The notes under the pieces were generated by a model. It worked only from the letters and a program-made list of their open reading frames with translations. It was not told the origin of the DNA and searched no databases. A DNA stretch of 24,388 nucleotides from a virus (taxonomy: Duplodnaviria; Caudoviricetes): positions 1-24,388 of the IMG/VR virus record IMGVR_UViG_3300044674_001151; one strand, 5' to 3'. Positions 23,438-24,388 of this stretch are shown piece by piece (the stretch's first letter is position 1; every line of letters begins with the position of its first letter). A program made the position numbers and the translations under genes.

Positions 23438-23860
23438 ATGACCAACCAGATCACAAAAACCATCGCCAAGACCATCAAGGACGCCGGGGTCGATCCCGAC
23501 GCATTCCTCGGCTGGGTCGCTAACGACTGGAACGAAAGTTGTCTGCAGGGGCTGCTGACCGCCGACGACCATGAGGGTGCCCACTACGAGCATGCCGCTG
23601 ATCACATCAATAGCGGGTTTGAGCTTGACGAGTTGATCCAGCAGTACAGGGCCGCGAACCCGACCTCAGAGCAGCGCGCCCTTGATGCGCTGGAGGACGC
23701 AATAGGCGATGAGGTCTTGCGCGAAATGGCAATCAGGGAACAGCCTGACCAACCACTCTGCAAGGGCTGCGAGTGGCCCGTTGATGACGCAGAGTTTGAC
23801 TACTGCGACGAATGTTTGGGCATCACCGCTCCCGAGCGGGTGACAGGGGGTGCAGCATGA
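23438..23860 (+). CDS. acidic hypothetical protein with C-terminal CxxC-x11-CxxC Zn ribbon
   Basis: 140 aa, strong RBS; CKGC...CDEC; about 30 D/E vs 9 K/R by hand count; ATGA-coupled to the integrase. Confidence 0.75.
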   Translation: MTNQITKTIAKTIKDAGVDPDAFLGWVANDWNESCLQGLLTADDHEGAHYEHAADHINSGFELDELIQQYRAANPTSEQRALDALEDAIGDEVLREMAIREQPDQPLCKGCEWPVDDAEFDYCDECLGITAPERVTGGAA

Positions 23861-24388
23861 TCAGTAAACGAGGCCCACTCTATTACGTCGACGCCCGGCG
23901 TTTCGCCGGGAAGCAGCGCAAATTCGAGACGCGCGCTGAAGCCCAAGCCTACCTGGAGCACCACCGCGCGGCGCACTGGGCGGGCTCGGTGTACCTGGAC
24001 CCCGCGCAAAGCCTGCGCGTTGAGGAGGCGATCGAGAACTACCTCAAGCGCGAGGAGAAGCGCGCACGCGCAGAACATCTGGCCGCTACGTATGTCCAGA
24101 GCAAAGCCGTCGCGCTGCGGCAGGTCGCCGCTCTTGGCAGCCCGTCTTTTGGCGCCCGGCGCGTGGGCGAGTTGCGGAAATCCAACCTCGCAGATTTACT
24201 GGAGCTCTTACAGGCATCATGCAGGTCGCACTCCACGCTGAAAAAGAAGTGGGTGAACGTCGGACAGTTCTTCGAGTGGCTGGTCGAGACGGACCAGATC
24301 GAGACCAACCCTGCGCGCGTGCGGCTGCCGCGCCGGACAGACGAGCCCCATGAGGCACTTCGCATCTCGCGCGAGCAGATCGCCGCGA
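23857..24388 (+). CDS. int: tyrosine integrase, N-terminal part (3' truncated; not in the ORF track)
   Basis: Open to the window end: MISKRGPLYYVDARRFAGKQRKFETRAEAQAYL (arm-binding-like) ... STLKKKWVNVGQFFEWLVETDQIETNPARVRLP (core-binding domain ending in NP). Adjacent to attP. Catalytic residues lie outside the window. Confidence 0.82.
   Translation, partial: MISKRGPLYYVDARRFAGKQRKFETRAEAQAYLEHHRAAHWAGSVYLDPAQSLRVEEAIENYLKREEKRARAEHLAATYVQSKAVALRQVAALGSPSFGARRVGELRKSNLADLLELLQASCRSHSTLKKKWVNVGQFFEWLVETDQIETNPARVRLPRRTDEPHEALRISREQIAA

Noticed and set aside
101-24365. Many long minus-strand ORFs (e.g. 2787..4058, 992..1822, 6229..7143, 15586..16569, 24039..24365)
   Set aside because: They lie opposite well-supported + strand genes, show no recognisable motifs, and are expected shadow ORFs in GC-rich coding DNA.

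Overview
This window is the virion-structure, lysis and integration region of a GC-rich, temperate podovirus with T7-like virion architecture (gene order resembles BPP-1 and HTVC010P-type phages). All credible genes are on the + strand. In order: a gp7.3-like fragment, portal, Bbp19-like protein, scaffold, a 58-aa ORF missing from the ORF track, major capsid, probable decoration protein, tail tube A and B, a GNAT-like gp13 analogue, four internal virion (ejection) proteins, two tail fibre/chaperone pairs, three membrane lysis proteins plus a GH24 endolysin, a PD-(D/E)XK nuclease, a complete attP, an acidic Zn-ribbon ORF, and the 5' part of a tyrosine integrase also missing from the ORF track. 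The attP has the 3' half of tRNA-Arg(UCU), flanked by inverted IHF-like sites and arm-type direct repeats. The most notable feature is a lower-GC cassette in the ejection-protein block. An internal virion protein ends in a domain with HhH-GPD DNA-glycosylase-like motifs, and a 54-aa acidic ORF with its own RBS, a possible internal promoter and a terminator overlaps its 3' end. This layout suggests an injected effector with a cognate inhibitor. All family calls come from recognising motifs and synteny by eye; no searches were run.
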